Assembly: GCA_030390025.1 (NCBI GenBank)
Contig: CM059432.1
Coordinates: 97,776,001 to 97,840,000, forward strand
DNA: 64,000 nucleotides
Direction: 5' to 3'
Source of the DNA: Squalus acanthias
Lineage: Eukaryota
Shown in pieces: positions 63,487 through 64,000 of the stretch (positions within the stretch are counted from its first letter, which is position 1; each line of letters begins with the position of its first letter). Position numbers and translations under genes: made by a program. The notes beneath the pieces are model-generated. The model searched no databases. It saw only the letters and a list, made by a program, of their open reading frames with translations, and was not told the DNA's origin.

Positions 63487-64000
63487 AGGCGAGGGGCCAA
63501 ATGGCCTACTCCAGCTCCTATTTCTTATGTTCTTATGTTCTTAACTGGAGGGGCCGTCACTGAGTCCACGGCGACAGGTGAGACTGAAAGCATTGATGAT
63601 GGTATACTCATACCTAATCCTTCTTCTCACATCCCACTTCTCCCTCATCCCACAATCGTTTCTCACTTCCAAGCTGCTGATGGTGTAAGCATGCACATCT
63701 TGCTTCCCCCCCTCCCCTCAAAACAATCCAACCCTTGGGCATTTTTCCTTTTAGATACCCAAGAACTGTCAGTGCACAAACAATTAGAGGAGGAGAGTGA
63801 TGGAGAAGAAGAGGCACCGTGATTCAATCTGACACTCCCAGGCACCAGCTTAGAAAATGGCACTACGAGAACTTTAGAGGATAGTATAGAGACGGGATCT
63901 GCTCATGGTGAGTCACCAGGCACGAGTGGGCTGCAGCCAAGCCAGGGGGAAAGGGTAGCTCAGGTGCCAGCTATCTGGAGGCGAGGTCGCACATGGGTTC

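Larger units (their letters stand above)
61346..64000 (+). mobile_element. Harbinger (Myb gene on +) carrying nested Penelope-like, MITE, CR1 and SINE pieces; runs off the window
   Basis: The start is the reverse complement of 56000..56205. Exon 1 MTQGRERVPHFSDAALEAL at 62003. The Myb sequence resumes at 63541. Confidence 0.8.

Overview
Repeat-dominated vertebrate DNA, probably from a cartilaginous fish (inferred from Deu-domain SacSINE1-like SINEs and shark-type CR1 3' tails). I can support no intact host gene. The window holds several CR1 LINE copies, L2 remnants, at least six PIF/Harbinger transposon relics (DDE transposase and/or a convergent three-exon Myb/SANT gene), many Harbinger-type MITEs, short Penelope-like inserts and one or two solo-LTR-like elements. 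Main leads: (1) a second LINE family whose endonuclease/RT frame starts about 440 nt after a tRNA-like A/B-box head, with no ORF1 and almost no TTTT on the sense strand, making it a candidate Pol III-transcribed autonomous LINE with a matching head+tail SINE in the same window; (2) five minimal hammerhead-ribozyme motifs in Penelope-like inserts, one with an intact core; (3) a 261-bp, about 97% identical inverted duplication of apparently unique sequence. Family names come from recall of motifs, not from a database search.
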